From: Octopus sinensis
Lineage: Eukaryota
Length of the DNA: 64,000 nt
Direction: 5' to 3'
Assembly (NCBI RefSeq): GCF_006345805.1
Contig: NC_043011.1
Coordinates: forward strand, 25,866,464-25,930,463
The notes under the pieces are model-generated. The model was given only the letters and a program-made list of their open reading frames with translations. It made no database searches and was not told the origin of the DNA. Both the position numbers and the translations under genes were made by a program. Positions within the stretch are counted from its first letter, which is position 1; the number at the start of each line of letters is the position of its first letter. Positions 1-11,228 of the stretch are shown here, piece by piece.

Positions 1-499
1 AATGGTTGTATACTGTCAATCTAACACGAACGTGACAGTAGGGGGTACACCACCGCTGTTTAGCCCTAGGAAGCATCGACGCCTCCTGATGGTTTTGACG
101 AAGGACAATCATCCTGAAAAACGTGTCCCTAGATGCAGCCCGGGCGGCTGGGGGTATTTGTCTCCCCTTCGTAAATGTATATAAGGACACAGGAAAAATG
201 TGTCTTCTTTACACACCAACTTCTACGCTTAACCACCCCTGAGTGCGCGAACACACATACACACACGTGTGAAATACCGGGGTCTTCCGCTAGAATTACT
301 GCTTATAAAAGATAAATGAATTAACGAAACCATACAATAACGTTCTGTATTAAACAATTAACCCTCACTCATTTCCCATAATTGATTGTGCATATAGCTG
401 ATATTTCAGCGTTAAACACTTTAGACGTTCTGAAATTACTGCGCTGGGTTCAGAAATGCTGAGAAGCAGGAACATGTTTTAAAACGTTTATTTTCTTAC

Positions 500-553
500 A
501 AACGAAATCACCGCTGCAACGGCAACAACATTCTTTTTTTTTCGTCTGTTCAT
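500..553 (-). CDS. Candidate first coding exon of a host gene running out of the window to the left (MNRRKKKNVVAVAAVISF, signal-anchor-like)
   Basis: ATG at 553-551, 18 open codons, then phase-0 donor TTT|GTAAGA (499-494). Basic then hydrophobic N-terminus in a locally CpG-rich unique segment. No homology evidence. Confidence 0.35.
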
Positions 554-799
554 CGCTGATACGTGCCACGTCATTTTTTAAGTAGCTATGCGAGGTGCAT
601 CTTAAATATTCTGTGATTGTTTTTAGGAGAGGCAGTTATAGTTGTCGTACATTATTTTAATTTTAGTATATTAGTACTATACATTTAATTAGCTGACCTA
701 CCAACTTTTGATACACCAGGCTGAAGGAGACAGTTGTACTAGCACTCTGAATACATCCTACTTAACACTGCCTGTCACATCTGACTAGTTTGCAGTTGG

Positions 800-1050
800 G
801 ACGTTTGGAAGCTTGGTATGCAATGGAGTTTTGTGATAAATTGAGCAAAAACGCTACCGAAAAACATGAAATGCTCCTGATTGCTACGGATAAACTTTTT
901 CGCTGGCACAAGAGATTCAAGGACGACTGAGAGGAGTTGAGGTATGATGAGAGTTGTGGGAGGGAGAGGGACACCAGAACATCAGAATTGGTTGAGAAAA
1001 TTTGCAATTTTCTGTATGAAAAATAATGTGTGTCTATAATGACAGACACA
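800..1050 (+). pseudogene. Degenerate mariner transposase N-terminal (HTH) fragment
   Basis: Translates with frameshifts and stops as YAMEFCDKLSKNATEKHEMLLIA..FRWHKRFKDD*EELRYDESCGR..TRTSELVEKI, matching the mariner pattern IKFC.KLGK.ATET..ML..AYG..WHKRFK.GRE.LEDD.RSGRP. Confidence 0.75.
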
Positions 1051-1177
1051 AATATCGTGTGGTTTTTTATTTATTTCCCACAATGGAAAGGGAAAATACA
1101 ATCTGATTGGGGTCAGATGGACGGATGGATATGATATAAAGATGACATTACAAATTCACAAAAATATAAATAAATCA

Positions 1178-1247
1178 AGCTGGCAGAAACGTTAGCACGC
1201 CGGGCGAAATGCTTAGCAGTATTTCGTCTGCCGTTACGTTCCGAGTT
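1178..1247 (+). mobile_element. SINE family B head fragment
   Basis: agctggcagaaacgttagcacgccgggcgaaatgcttagcagtatttcgtctgccgttacgtt is near-identical to the family-B heads at 38990-39045 and 41385-41434. Confidence 0.85.
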
Positions 1248-1908
1248 ATGATGAGAGGGTTTAACGAAGGAAAAAAGAAAAGATGATAGACATAAAAAAA
1301 AGCATTGTGTATCAGTTTGAATTTACAAAAGACTGAGACACGCCAACGAAGCCTTATTTTCATAGAAATGATTTTGTCCCAAGAAGGCTTGATGCCACTG
1401 TAGCGTAAGAGACTACAGAGAATGAAAGAAGGGGCCTACATATTCTAAAGATGTCAATTGACAGAAAGCTTAAAGGTCAGAATATCATTGATTCCATGTT
1501 CTTATTCAGCCTGCTAGAAATATCAACCAATCCTCTTCAAATCAAGCCCTACTGTCTAAAAAAATAAGGCAATAGAGAAAGAATAGTTTTCTTCACTTCC
1601 ATCTCATTATAATTCTGTTTACATCTAGGATGAATTTGAGTATCGTACCCAGTACTTCACTGCTACTTTATTTTATCAAACTTGAAGAATGAAAGGCAGA
1701 TTTGACTTTGGTGATTCACTGACTCCGAGAGCTATGCCAGTGGGGAGCAAAATCGTGGTAAGACCTTCCATGTTGGACAAAGGATAGAAGCCAGACTAAT
1801 ACGGACTAACTCTTTCCAGTGGTAAAAGAATAGGTTTGCGTAGGGCCAACACCCCAACCTATATAAAAAAAGTAAAGTTATAGAAGCATCGACGACAATT
1901 CAAATCCA

Positions 1909-2204
1909 GTTCTATATTTAAGAGATGAGGAATTATGTACATTATTTACATTATTTACATTTGACGGATATGCCCACGGGCATATGACGCGGAGGTTAAG
2001 AGCGCAGGCTACTAACCCCAAGATTCCGAGTTCGATTCCAAGCAGTGATCTGAACAACAACAACAACATCGAAAAAATACCTTAGGAATGAAACCCCAGG
2101 TTCGAAATTTCTCCAAGATACCTGATGAAGGATGGAGGGTTTATCAGCCGAAACGTTGTGTTAACAACAAACAAGATGAGGACAAATATCCGTCAAATGT
2201 AAAT
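1909..2204 (+). mobile_element. Short non-autonomous element: inverted PLE-type end, tRNA-like head, (AAC)n and hammerhead motif
   Basis: Flanked by aattcaaa(t/c)cca at 1897-1908 and 2205-2216 (12-bp TSD, 1 mismatch). attatttacatttgacggatat (~1950-1971) is the reverse complement of atatccgtcaaatgtaaataat (~2186-2207). B-box GTTCGATTCC at 2030-2039. Confidence 0.7.
2117..2162 (+). ncRNA. Minimal type-I hammerhead ribozyme (PLE-type)
   Basis: GATAC-CTGATGA-A-GGATG[..]CAGCC-GAAA-CGTT^GTGTT. Helix I is GATAC/GTGTT, helix II has one mismatch, and helix III is reduced to palindromic AACGTT. Confidence 0.7.
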
Positions 2205-3150
2205 AATTCAAACCCAACAAGAAGGCCTTTCCGTAGGGAAACATGACGCCCTAAAAATAGTTGGAGTCGGGAAACTGCAGCGAAGCTGCAAAAGCAGGGA
2301 TCCAACTGAAGAGAAATAGAAAAGAAAGCCCAGAGACGAGAACAGTTGGAAAAAGTCGTCTACGGTGCGAAAGGCTTAAGAAAGTTATGAGTACAAAGAC
2401 TTCTGGGATACCTAAGTCTAATTTAAAACTGTAAATTAGTGATTTTCATGGGTGGAGCGCGTGTTTGGGTTAAAAAGAAGAAAGACGAATTGCCATACTT
2501 AATAAAATTAAAATGGTTTTAAGCTCTTTAAACTTGTCTAACGCATTAGCAGAGAGATACGAATTAGATCGTTACAAACACCATTTTGTTTTCTCTTTAA
2601 TGGAGAGGTAAGATAAGGATTGTGTTATTCGGTTTGAGAACCGCTACTGTAGAATGTGGGTTGAGGGTTATTTGGCTGTTATTTCTAACGGACCAACCGG
2701 CCGACCACTATAGAGGTTTACTTGCTGGCTCAAGCTCATTCGTTGAGCTGTGTGATGTGCTTTGTATGTGTGAGTGTGCGAAAGAGAGAGCGAGAGTTAT
2801 GTATGTGTTATGTGTGTACGTGTAGTATGTGTATTATAAGTGTATGATGTGTGTGTATTATATATGTTACGTATGTGTACTACTGTGTGTATGTGTACTC
2901 ATGTATGTATGCCATGTGTATGTATATTATGCATGTGTTATTTGTGCGAGTGTGCGTTGTAGCTTAACCGTGTTCTCTTCGACCCTGTATTTATTTCCTC
3001 GCTGCAGCCATTTTCATCTCGCTTATATCGTTCTCTAATGTCTGTCCTTGACGAAAGAATGGACACAGTAGCTTCCTATTTTCTTTCTTCTGAACAATAA
3101 ACAACAAACAAACAAAACAAAAGATACAAACAAACAACAAGAAATACAAC

Positions 3151-3203
<53 letters not shown>
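3151..3203. repeat. (AAT)n microsatellite
   Basis: Perfect aat run, source of the poly-Tyr ORF. Confidence 0.95.
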
Positions 3204-3206
<3 letters not shown>

Positions 3207-3571
3207 TAAAAAAAAAAAGAGAGAGAAAGAAATATTTGGCTCGGTGCCTGTGTAAGAAAACTATTTATTTTATCTAATCTCTTTGTGTTTGTCCGTTTCA
3301 AAGATGAAAGACACGACTAATCGATGTTGTTATCGACCAAGTGACACTACAGTGACATCTCTTCAATGGACTTCATCTAAGGCAACAAAATTGGTTTTAG
3401 CAAAGGAACCAAGTAGGCAGAATCGTTAGAGTGTCGGGTAGAGTATCATATGGCGTTTATTCCAGTTCCGTGTTCAAGTCATTCCGTCGTTTTTCTTTTT
3501 TTTTTTTTTCAGGCATAGTGTCGTTTCATTTTGTTTTCGAAGTTGATAAAGTAAGCAGTACAACATTGTTT

Positions 3572-3612
<41 letters not shown>

Positions 3613-4185
3613 AATCCACTGGTGCAGCTTCAAGGTCAAAATTGGCATGTCTGTTGGAAAACTCAACTGCTTACATGTTAATTTCACGTATAAGAATTCG
3701 CTTCATATATCAAATGAACGATCATCGTCGAGACCGACGGAAAACATACCACTGACTGTTGCTGTTATTGTTGCTTTTGTTTAGCTCCAGGCCAGACCTG
3801 ATTGAACAGAAAACTTATGATAGTCGTGACTATGCCGTCTTCTATTTCAGATATAGCGTATCAACGACTGCATAATCATATTTGTGTCTTTCTTTTTGTA
3901 AATCATTAAGGAGTGTTATTAGAAGGAAATTTGACAGCTACTTTTAGCAGGTCGAGTGACCACGAAAATGCTTTCTGTGGTTAACTCATAATCGATGTTG
4001 TTATGAAGAAATACTAGCTATTATCGATCAAGGGACAGCACGGTGACATCTCTTAAATGGACTTCGTGTAAGGCAACAAACACTATTGGTTTATATAATA
4101 GACAGTACTATTGAATTAGGAGAGAAAAGAAACAAAAATGAAAATAAAAACATATCAAATAACTAAATAAATAAAATAGATAACA

Positions 4186-4262
4186 GATAATGTCGGCAAT
4201 AAAGGATCGATAATGTCGGTAATACTGGATCGATGATGTCGGCAATAAAGGATCAATAAAAT
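4186..4262. repeat. 23-bp tandem repeat, about 3 copies
   Basis: gataatgtcggcaataaaggatc repeated with substitutions. Confidence 0.8.
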
Positions 4263-4517
4263 CGTTATTCAGAATTTGTTTATTTATTTTATGAATCAAA
4301 TATTAAAGAGGAGAGGAACATTTATTTGTTGTATTTATTTTGCTATTTTTAGTTTCTTTTTCTGTTTTTTTTTTAGCCTTTGTTTTTGTTTTTCTATGCT
4401 TAGAACGGTTGACATTGCGTTATGATGGAAAATTAGCAGGCGACAGACGATAGAGGTCAAATGACAGACAGCAGACGACAGGAGACAGACGATATAATAT
4501 ACACAACAGGGGACAGT

Positions 4518-4945
4518 TATCTTTTACCTGTTTCAGTCGTTGCAAGGCAGTCAAACTGGAGTATCACTTTGAAGGGTTTAGTCGAACAAACTGACTCTTT
4601 TACTTATTTTTTGTTTACAAAGTCCGCTACTTATTCTGTTGGTCTCTTTTGCCGATTGCTATGTTATGGAGACGCAAACAAACCAATACCGGTTGCCAAG
4701 CGGCGGAGAGTGACAAACATAAGCACAGACACGCACGCATATATACGTGGCTTCTACTCAATTTCCCTCTCCGAACTTCACTTACCAAACATGATCGGTC
4801 CGGGGTTATAGTAAAAGGCATTTGCCCAAGTGAGACCGAACGCGAAAGCACGTGATCGCAAAGAAAGATTCTTAACTAAACAGCTATGCCTGCGTCTAGA
4901 ACGGAAACTTCCAAAAAGTAAGAAACCCATGGTCAGCCATGATCA
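4518..4945 (-). mobile_element. SINE family A, diverged copy
   Basis: Reverse complement of the family-A body and tail (cctgtttcagtc..ttagtcgaacaaa..ccggttgccaagcgg..catttgcccaag). Confidence 0.75.
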
Positions 4946-5289
4946 AAAGAGGCCCGACGCACACACATGCATTCACATACGCGCACATACATGCACGGCA
5001 CGCAGGCATACACATACTAAGTTTCAGAAATTTACCGTTCTGTCTCGGCAGCGGGTGGGTGGGTGATAATCGTTTATCATAAGTCAGTTTTAACGCTCAA
5101 AGGAAAGTTAACTATATTAAACTTAATATATTTCCGTACCTTAAAAATAAACAAGAAATAACTGCTTTATCAACAGGGTTTACGTATGAACATACTAAGA
5201 CTATGTTTATATCGTATTCAAATCTGGAGTCCGTCTTCGAAATCAGAGCGTTCACGACATCGAGAAATGCTATAGATGGATTGTGCCTA

Positions 5290-5692
5290 GTAATAATCTT
5301 TTCTACTCTAGCACAAGGCCCGAAATTTTTGGGAAGGGGGTCAGTCGATTAGATCGACCCCAGTACGCAACTGGTATTTAATTTATCGACGCCAAAAGGA
5401 TGAAAGGCAAAGTCGACCTCAGCGGAATTTGAAGTAAGAATGTAATACGTATTTCTTTACTACCCACAAGGGGCTAAACACAGAGAGGACAAACAAGGAC
5501 AGACAAACGGATTAAGTCGATTATATCGACCCCAGTGCGTAACTGGTACTTATTTAATCGACCCCGAAAGGATGAAAGGCAAAGTCGACCTCGGCGAAAT
5601 TTGAACTTAGAACGTAGCGGCAGACGAAATAACGCTAAGCATTTCGCCCGGCGCGGTAACGTTTCTGCCAGCTCGCCGCCTTATTGTGCCTA
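5290..5692 (-). mobile_element. SINE family B dimer (tRNA head, Deu/Nin-like central domain, alternative tail unit)
   Basis: Two copies of gaaaggatgaaaggcaaagtcgacctc, joined at aatac|gtatttctttactacccacaag (5448/5449). Head ends at ctcgccgcctt. Confidence 0.85.
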
Positions 5693-5740
5693 GTGATAAT
5701 GGTTGTTTATGGCCAGCTTAACTGTCGCGATTTTCCACAT

Positions 5741-5887
5741 AGTTGTGCGGCAAGAATTTTGCTTCTCAACTACATGGTTCCGGGTTCAGTTCCACTGCGT
5801 GTCACTTTGGGCAAGTGTCTCCTACTATCACCACGGGCCGACCAAAACCCTGTGAATGGATTTGGTAGACGGAAATTGAAAGAAGTC
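5741..5887 (+). mobile_element. SINE family A 5' part followed by (ATGT)n/(TA)n
   Basis: ctacatggttccgggttcagttccactgcgtg..ttgggcaagtgtct..ggatttggtagacggaaattgaaagaag. Confidence 0.85.
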
Positions 5888-5958
5888 TAATGTGTACATA
5901 TGTATGTGTGTGCGTGCGTCTGTATGTATGTATGTATGTATGTATGTATGTATGTATG

Positions 5959-6050
<92 letters not shown>

Positions 6051-6231
6051 GAGCACTGGGGTCATGTAATCGATTTATACCTCTATTGAATTTGCCAGCC
6101 TTGTGTCACGATTTGAAACCAAGACACAAATAATATAGATAAAAAAGGACGAGATGGCCACGTATGGAATGCCTTTGATCATAGATCTGCTTAATCATAG
6201 TTAATTTGACATATAAACAATTGACAAATTG

Positions 6232-6396
6232 GTGCAGGCATGGCTGTGTGGTTACGAAGCTTTTCTTCCTAGCCATGTGGTCTTGGGCAAGTCCAGCACC
6301 TTGGCCAAGTGTCTCCTACTACAGTCCCGGGTTGACCAAAGCCTTGAGATTGGATTTGGCAAACTGAAACTGAAAGAAGTCGGCCGTGTGTGTGTT

Positions 6397-6432
<36 letters not shown>

Positions 6433-6645
6433 TTTGTGTGTGTGTGTGTGTTTGTGTGGTGTGTGTGTGTGTGTGAACTAGTGCTGGATTGTTTATGCCC
6501 CCGTTACTTTGCGGTTCCTAAAAAAAGAGAGAATTAGAATAAGTGCCATACTTTAATAAAAAAAAAAGTACTGGGGGCGATTTGTTCGACTAAACCCTTC
6601 AAGGTGGTACCTCAACTTGACCGCAGACCAGTGACTGCAACAAGG
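6232..6645 (+). mobile_element. SINE family A, diverged full-length copy
   Basis: gcaggcatggctgtgtggtt head, central (GT)n and degenerate tail. Confidence 0.75.
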
Positions 6646-7100
6646 GGTGGGTTATGTCGATTACAACGACCCCAGTGCATAAAATCATTCGGTCACATGA
6701 ATATAAATAAAACATCAAAATAAAACTAAAACTAAAAATAAAAATAAAAATGAAATAATAAGAATTTAGAAATATAGAAAAAAAAACATTAATAGTCACT
6801 CGACAATCGGTGAAGTTTGAATTTGTAAATTGATCCGGATTAACTATGTTAATGGACTGAAGAGATAACGGATTAAAGACTCTGGCGGATTAAAGCATTG
6901 ATTGGAACTTGACCCTAAGATAATCGTTGGTTCGTTCAGTTCTGTTGGTCGCTTGAAAGTGATTTGTTTGCTTGTTGTTGTTGTTGTTGTCATCGTTGTT
7001 GTGGCTGATATCTCTGACGTGGTCGCCATTGTTGTTACCGTGGTTGTCATCGTCGTTGTTACCATCGCCGTCGTCATTTTTGGTATTGCAATTGGTGTTA

Positions 7101-7407
7101 GGTGGAGGCACATGGCCTAGTGGTTAGAGCAGCGGACTCGCGGTCGAGGGATCGCGGGTTCGAATCTCAGACCGGGCGATGTGTGTGTGTTTATGAGCGA
7201 AACACCTAAGCTCCACGCGGCCCTGGCAGAAGGTAAAGGCGAACTTCTGCTGACTCTTTCGCCACAACTTTCTCTCACTTTTTCGTCCTGCATCTTGCAG
7301 CTCACCTGCGACGGACCGGCGTCCCGTCCAGGTGGGGAACCTACACGCCATGGAAACCGGGAAACCGGCCCTTATGAGTCAGGCATGGCTCGAGAAGAAA
7401 CCAACAA
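7101..7407 (+). mobile_element. SINE family C (tRNA-Arg-like head, OR-like), tail type 1
   Basis: ggtggaggcacatggcctagtggttagagcagcggactcgcggtc..gggttcgaatctc contains A and B boxes and a TCG anticodon-like loop. Confidence 0.85.
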
Positions 7408-7496
7408 TTGTTGTTAGCGCCGTCGTCGTCGTTGCTGTCGTCTTCTTCTTCTTCTTCTTCTTCTTCTCTTCTTCTTCTTCTTATTCTTCTTCTTCT

Positions 7497-7964
7497 TCCA
7501 ATCAGGACTCACGCCATTAGCCACAAAGAATAATCTCTAATTCGAGCCTACTCTAAGCTACTAAGAATGCGTGTGGCAACTTGAAGATCCACCCACCACA
7601 CGCGATAGACTGGCGGTTGTACGGGCGCGAAAGCTACGTTGTTATCCTCATTCCGTAAACGGTGGCTTTTAACGGGTGGAGAGCTGAACCATCCTGGGGT
7701 ACAGAGGATTCGCAATCTAGACTAGGGTCTGAAAGTGGGTTACACCATGGTTCCTCTGCTTTGTGGCAGAAGTAGGAAGAAAGAATGAAAGAAAGTTGCG
7801 GTGAAACAGTTCAGCGGGGTTCAACCCCAACCCCCGCCGGAGCATCGTGGAGCTTAGGTGTTTTTTGCTCAATAAACACTCACAATGCCCGGTCTGGGAA
7901 TCGAAACCGCGTTCTTACGACCGCGAGTCCGCTGCCCTAACCACTGGGCCATTGCGCCTCCACC
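7497..7964 (-). mobile_element. SINE family C, tail type 2
   Basis: Same head and body as 7101 and 42309 on the minus strand, ending in (GAA)n. Confidence 0.8.
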
Positions 7965-9079
7965 GTCGTTGCTGTTGTCGTTGTCGTCGTCATCGTTATT
8001 GTTGTCGCCGTTGTTATTGTTGTCGCTGTCATCGTTGTATTTGTTGTCATCGTTATCGCCGGTGTTCTTGTTGTCACCGTTATTGTTACCGACGTCATCA
8101 TTGTCGTTGTTCCTCTTCTTGTTGTCGTTGCTATCGTTGTTAATGTTGAGTCATCACTCACGTGACAGCCGTTGTTGTTGTTGTTGTTGTTATTAATGTT
8201 GATGTTGTCATCGTCGCTGCTATTATAGTTTTAAATCAAAGGCATTTCAGCCATGCCCATCCCGCCTCATTCAAACACAATGCATCCAGTACCTAGAACT
8301 TTATGTTCCAATGTGTCCGTTGATGCAAGCTATGAACGAACAGATCTATGGCTACAAGCATTCCAGCCATGACCAACCATCTTTAATTCAATCAAGTCTA
8401 TCTAGAGCTTTGTTATGCAAGGTCCCATTCCATTCCATTTTTTGTTTGTTATGACAATAGGGAGAGATTCGAGAGGAAGATTTGGCTGCTATCTCTACAA
8501 GATCAAACAACACGTTCAAACTCTCTCGTTAGTTCGTGCTATGCTCATAACATTCGAGTGCGATTAGCTGCTATTTCTAACTGATCGAGTGATTACGTAA
8601 AGGTTTTCTTTCTAAGAATTGGTGTTGACATTTGAAAATATTTTCTTTATTTGTTACTGTTGTCTAGTATCGAGAACTGATCGAGCATACTCATGAACAA
8701 AAGCGTTCCAGACATGACCAACTGCCTTTTTTTTGTATATTTGGGTTGATATTTTTCCCTTTTAAAGACGATAGAGTGTGATTTCAGAGTATTTGGCGGT
8801 TACTGCTGGCTAGTTCGTCAATTCGTTAAGTTCTGGGAATCATTGTCGTCATCGTGGTCGCTGTGACCACCGCCGCCTTCGTCGTCGTCGTTGTCATCGT
8901 CATAATCTTCATGGTAACTGTCGCCGTGAAGACGTCGTCGTGGTCGTGGTGCCACCGTTGTGGTCGTGGTGACGTCGTCATGGTCGTGTTAGTGGTCATC
9001 ATCATCCTCGTGGTCAAAGCCGCAGCCATTGTCGTTATTGCTGATGATGTTGATGTTTAACTTTATTAACCATACCACT

Positions 9080-10340
9080 AAATATGCTATCAACATAACC
9101 ATTAGTCTTATAGATTTATCACATATTATTAACCTCTCTGAATATTAAACTCATCATTAATCTGACCAGTGACCGCACCACTAATCACTATTGACTTCAT
9201 AAATATTTTCACTAGTCATTGGTCATTAGGCATTAATCACTCCATCAAATACGCTATTAACTTTATCATTTGTTTCACCATTAACCTAATCATCGGTCCC
9301 ACTATTAACTTCACCAATAACGTAAGTAATCAGGCATTAATCACATCGGTAAATACGCTATTAACTCCTATATTAGTCCATTAACCTCATTAATAACTCT
9401 ACCAGCAACCATGCATTAATCACACCGTTAAATGCGCTATTAACCTCGTCATCAGCCTCACCCTTAACCTCACCAATAACTCCGGTAGCCAGGCATTAAT
9501 CGCACCATCAAACATGCAATTATCCTTATCATAACCACACCATTAATTTCATCATTAGTCTCATCATTAATCTCACCAATAACTCCTGTCATTAACCACA
9601 CCATTAAATACACTGTTAACCTCATTATTAGCTGCCCATTAACCTCACCAATAATTTCACATCAAGAAATACGCTGTTAATCTTATCATTAGTCCTTACC
9701 AATAACTCTAGTAATCAGACATCAACCACTTCATTAAACGCACCATTAATCTCGTTAGTCTCACCACTAACTTGACTAATAACACCACCAGTAATCAGGC
9801 ATTAATCACACCATTAAACACGCTATTAACCTCGTTATTAGTCTCACAATTAATTTCATTAATAACTTCAGTAATCAGACATTAATCACATTATTAAACG
9901 CACCATTAATTTCGTTAGTCTTACCACTAACTTGACTAATAACTCCACCAGTAATCAGGCATTATTCACACCATTAAACACACTATTAACCTTGTTATTA
10001 GTGTCACAATTAATTTCATTAATAACTTCAGTAATCAGACATTAATCACATCATTAAACACGCAATTAACCTTATCATCAGCCATACTATTAAATCCCCT
10101 AATAATTCCAACAATAACCAGGCATTAATCACACCATTAAACACGTTACAAACCTTACTATTTTCATCTGTATAAACCTCATCATAAGCACACCATTAAC
10201 TTTATCATCAGTTTCTCCATTAACCTAATTAATGATGTCAGCAGTATCCAGACATTAATCACACTGTTAAACATGATATTAACCTTATCAACCATTAATA
10301 CCTCTATTAAGCTCGTCGGTGTGTTCTCTTTTAACCAAAC
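9080..10340. repeat. G-poor ~80-bp satellite with a 160-bp higher-order dimer
   Basis: gtaatcagac at 9711, 9871 and 10031 alternates with gtaatcaggc at 9791 and 9951. More diverged monomers at ~9326, ~9406 and ~9485. Degenerate continuation at 10570-10873. Confidence 0.85.
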
Positions 10341-10354
10341 TATTAACATCAACA

Positions 10355-10563
10355 AAATTGGTTTCAAAGTGGTTTCAAATTTTGGCTCGAGCCCCTAGCA
10401 ATTTTAGGGGAAGAAAGTTGATTACATTGCCCTCGGTTTTCAACTGGTACTTATTTTATCGATCTGAAAGGGTGAAGAACAAATTCGACCAAAGTTAAAC
10501 TTAGAACGTTAAGCCGCTAAACAATTTGTCGGGCATTAACGATTCTGCTGGCTCGCCGTCTTT
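10355..10563 (-). mobile_element. SINE family B, diverged copy inserted in the satellite
   Basis: ggtttcaaattttggc..actggtacttattttatcga..gaacgttaag..ctggctcgccgtctt. Confidence 0.75.
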
Positions 10564-10873
10564 AACCACCACAATATTAACATTATCATAACCACATCAT
10601 TAACCTCACACTTATAAACTCACAATATACTACGCAGTAAAATCTACCATTAACCTTTACGCTAACCAAACCTAAAAAGAAGCACCCCCCCCAAAAAAAA
10701 CAACGTTATTCACAACACTGTTCACTTTACCCATTAGCTTCAGAATTAACCAAAGCATTAACCTCACTATTAATTACAATATTAACCACATAATTAACAA
10801 CATCATTATTAGTACTGTCTTTAGTCTCACAATCTCATCATTAGCCTCACTATTTATTCGCCGTTAACGTACT

Positions 10874-10973
10874 NNNNNNNNNNNNNNNNNNNNNNNNNNN
10901 NNNNNNNNNNNNNNNNNNNNNNNNNNNNNNNNNNNNNNNNNNNNNNNNNNNNNNNNNNNNNNNNNNNNNNNNN
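10874..10973. other. Assembly gap (100 N)
   Basis: Run of exactly 100 n, so adjacency across the gap is not established. Confidence 0.99.
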
Positions 10974-11041
10974 TTTTCACGCTAACTACCTGATAATTTC
11001 TTGTTAAGATTTCTTATTAAAATTTTTATCCTTAATTGTTA

Positions 11042-11074
<33 letters not shown>

Positions 11075-11079
<5 letters not shown>

Positions 11080-11228
11080 CGGACTCTTTCAGTTTCCCTC
11101 TAGAAAATCCACTCATAAGGCTTCGGTCGGCCAGAGCTTATAGTAGAAGACACTTGCCCAAGGTGCCATGCAGTGGGACTGAACCCGGAACCATGTAGTT
11201 GGGAAGCAAGCTTTTTACCACACAGCCA
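11075..11228 (-). mobile_element. SINE family A 5' part
   Basis: cacttgcccaaggtgccatgcagtgggactgaacccggaaccatg..accacacagcca. Confidence 0.85.

Larger units (their letters stand above)
1710..2385 (+). mobile_element. Probable internally deleted RTE LINE (5'UTR-like plus 3'-end-like pieces), interrupted by the 1909-2204 insertion
   Basis: ccagactaatacggactaac..gcgtagggccaacaccccaacc..aaaaa resembles RTE 5'UTRs, and gagaacagttggaaaaagtcgtc..gcgaaaggcttaagaaag resembles RTE 3' ends. Recognised by eye only. Confidence 0.4.

Noticed and set aside
2-184. 60-aa ORF at the window start
   Set aside because: No recognisable motif or splice context; probably a repeat fragment.
7101-7175. Genuine tRNA genes at SINE heads (also 1978-2050 and 42309-42380)
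   Set aside because: A and B boxes are present, but there is no complete acceptor stem and each runs into a SINE body.
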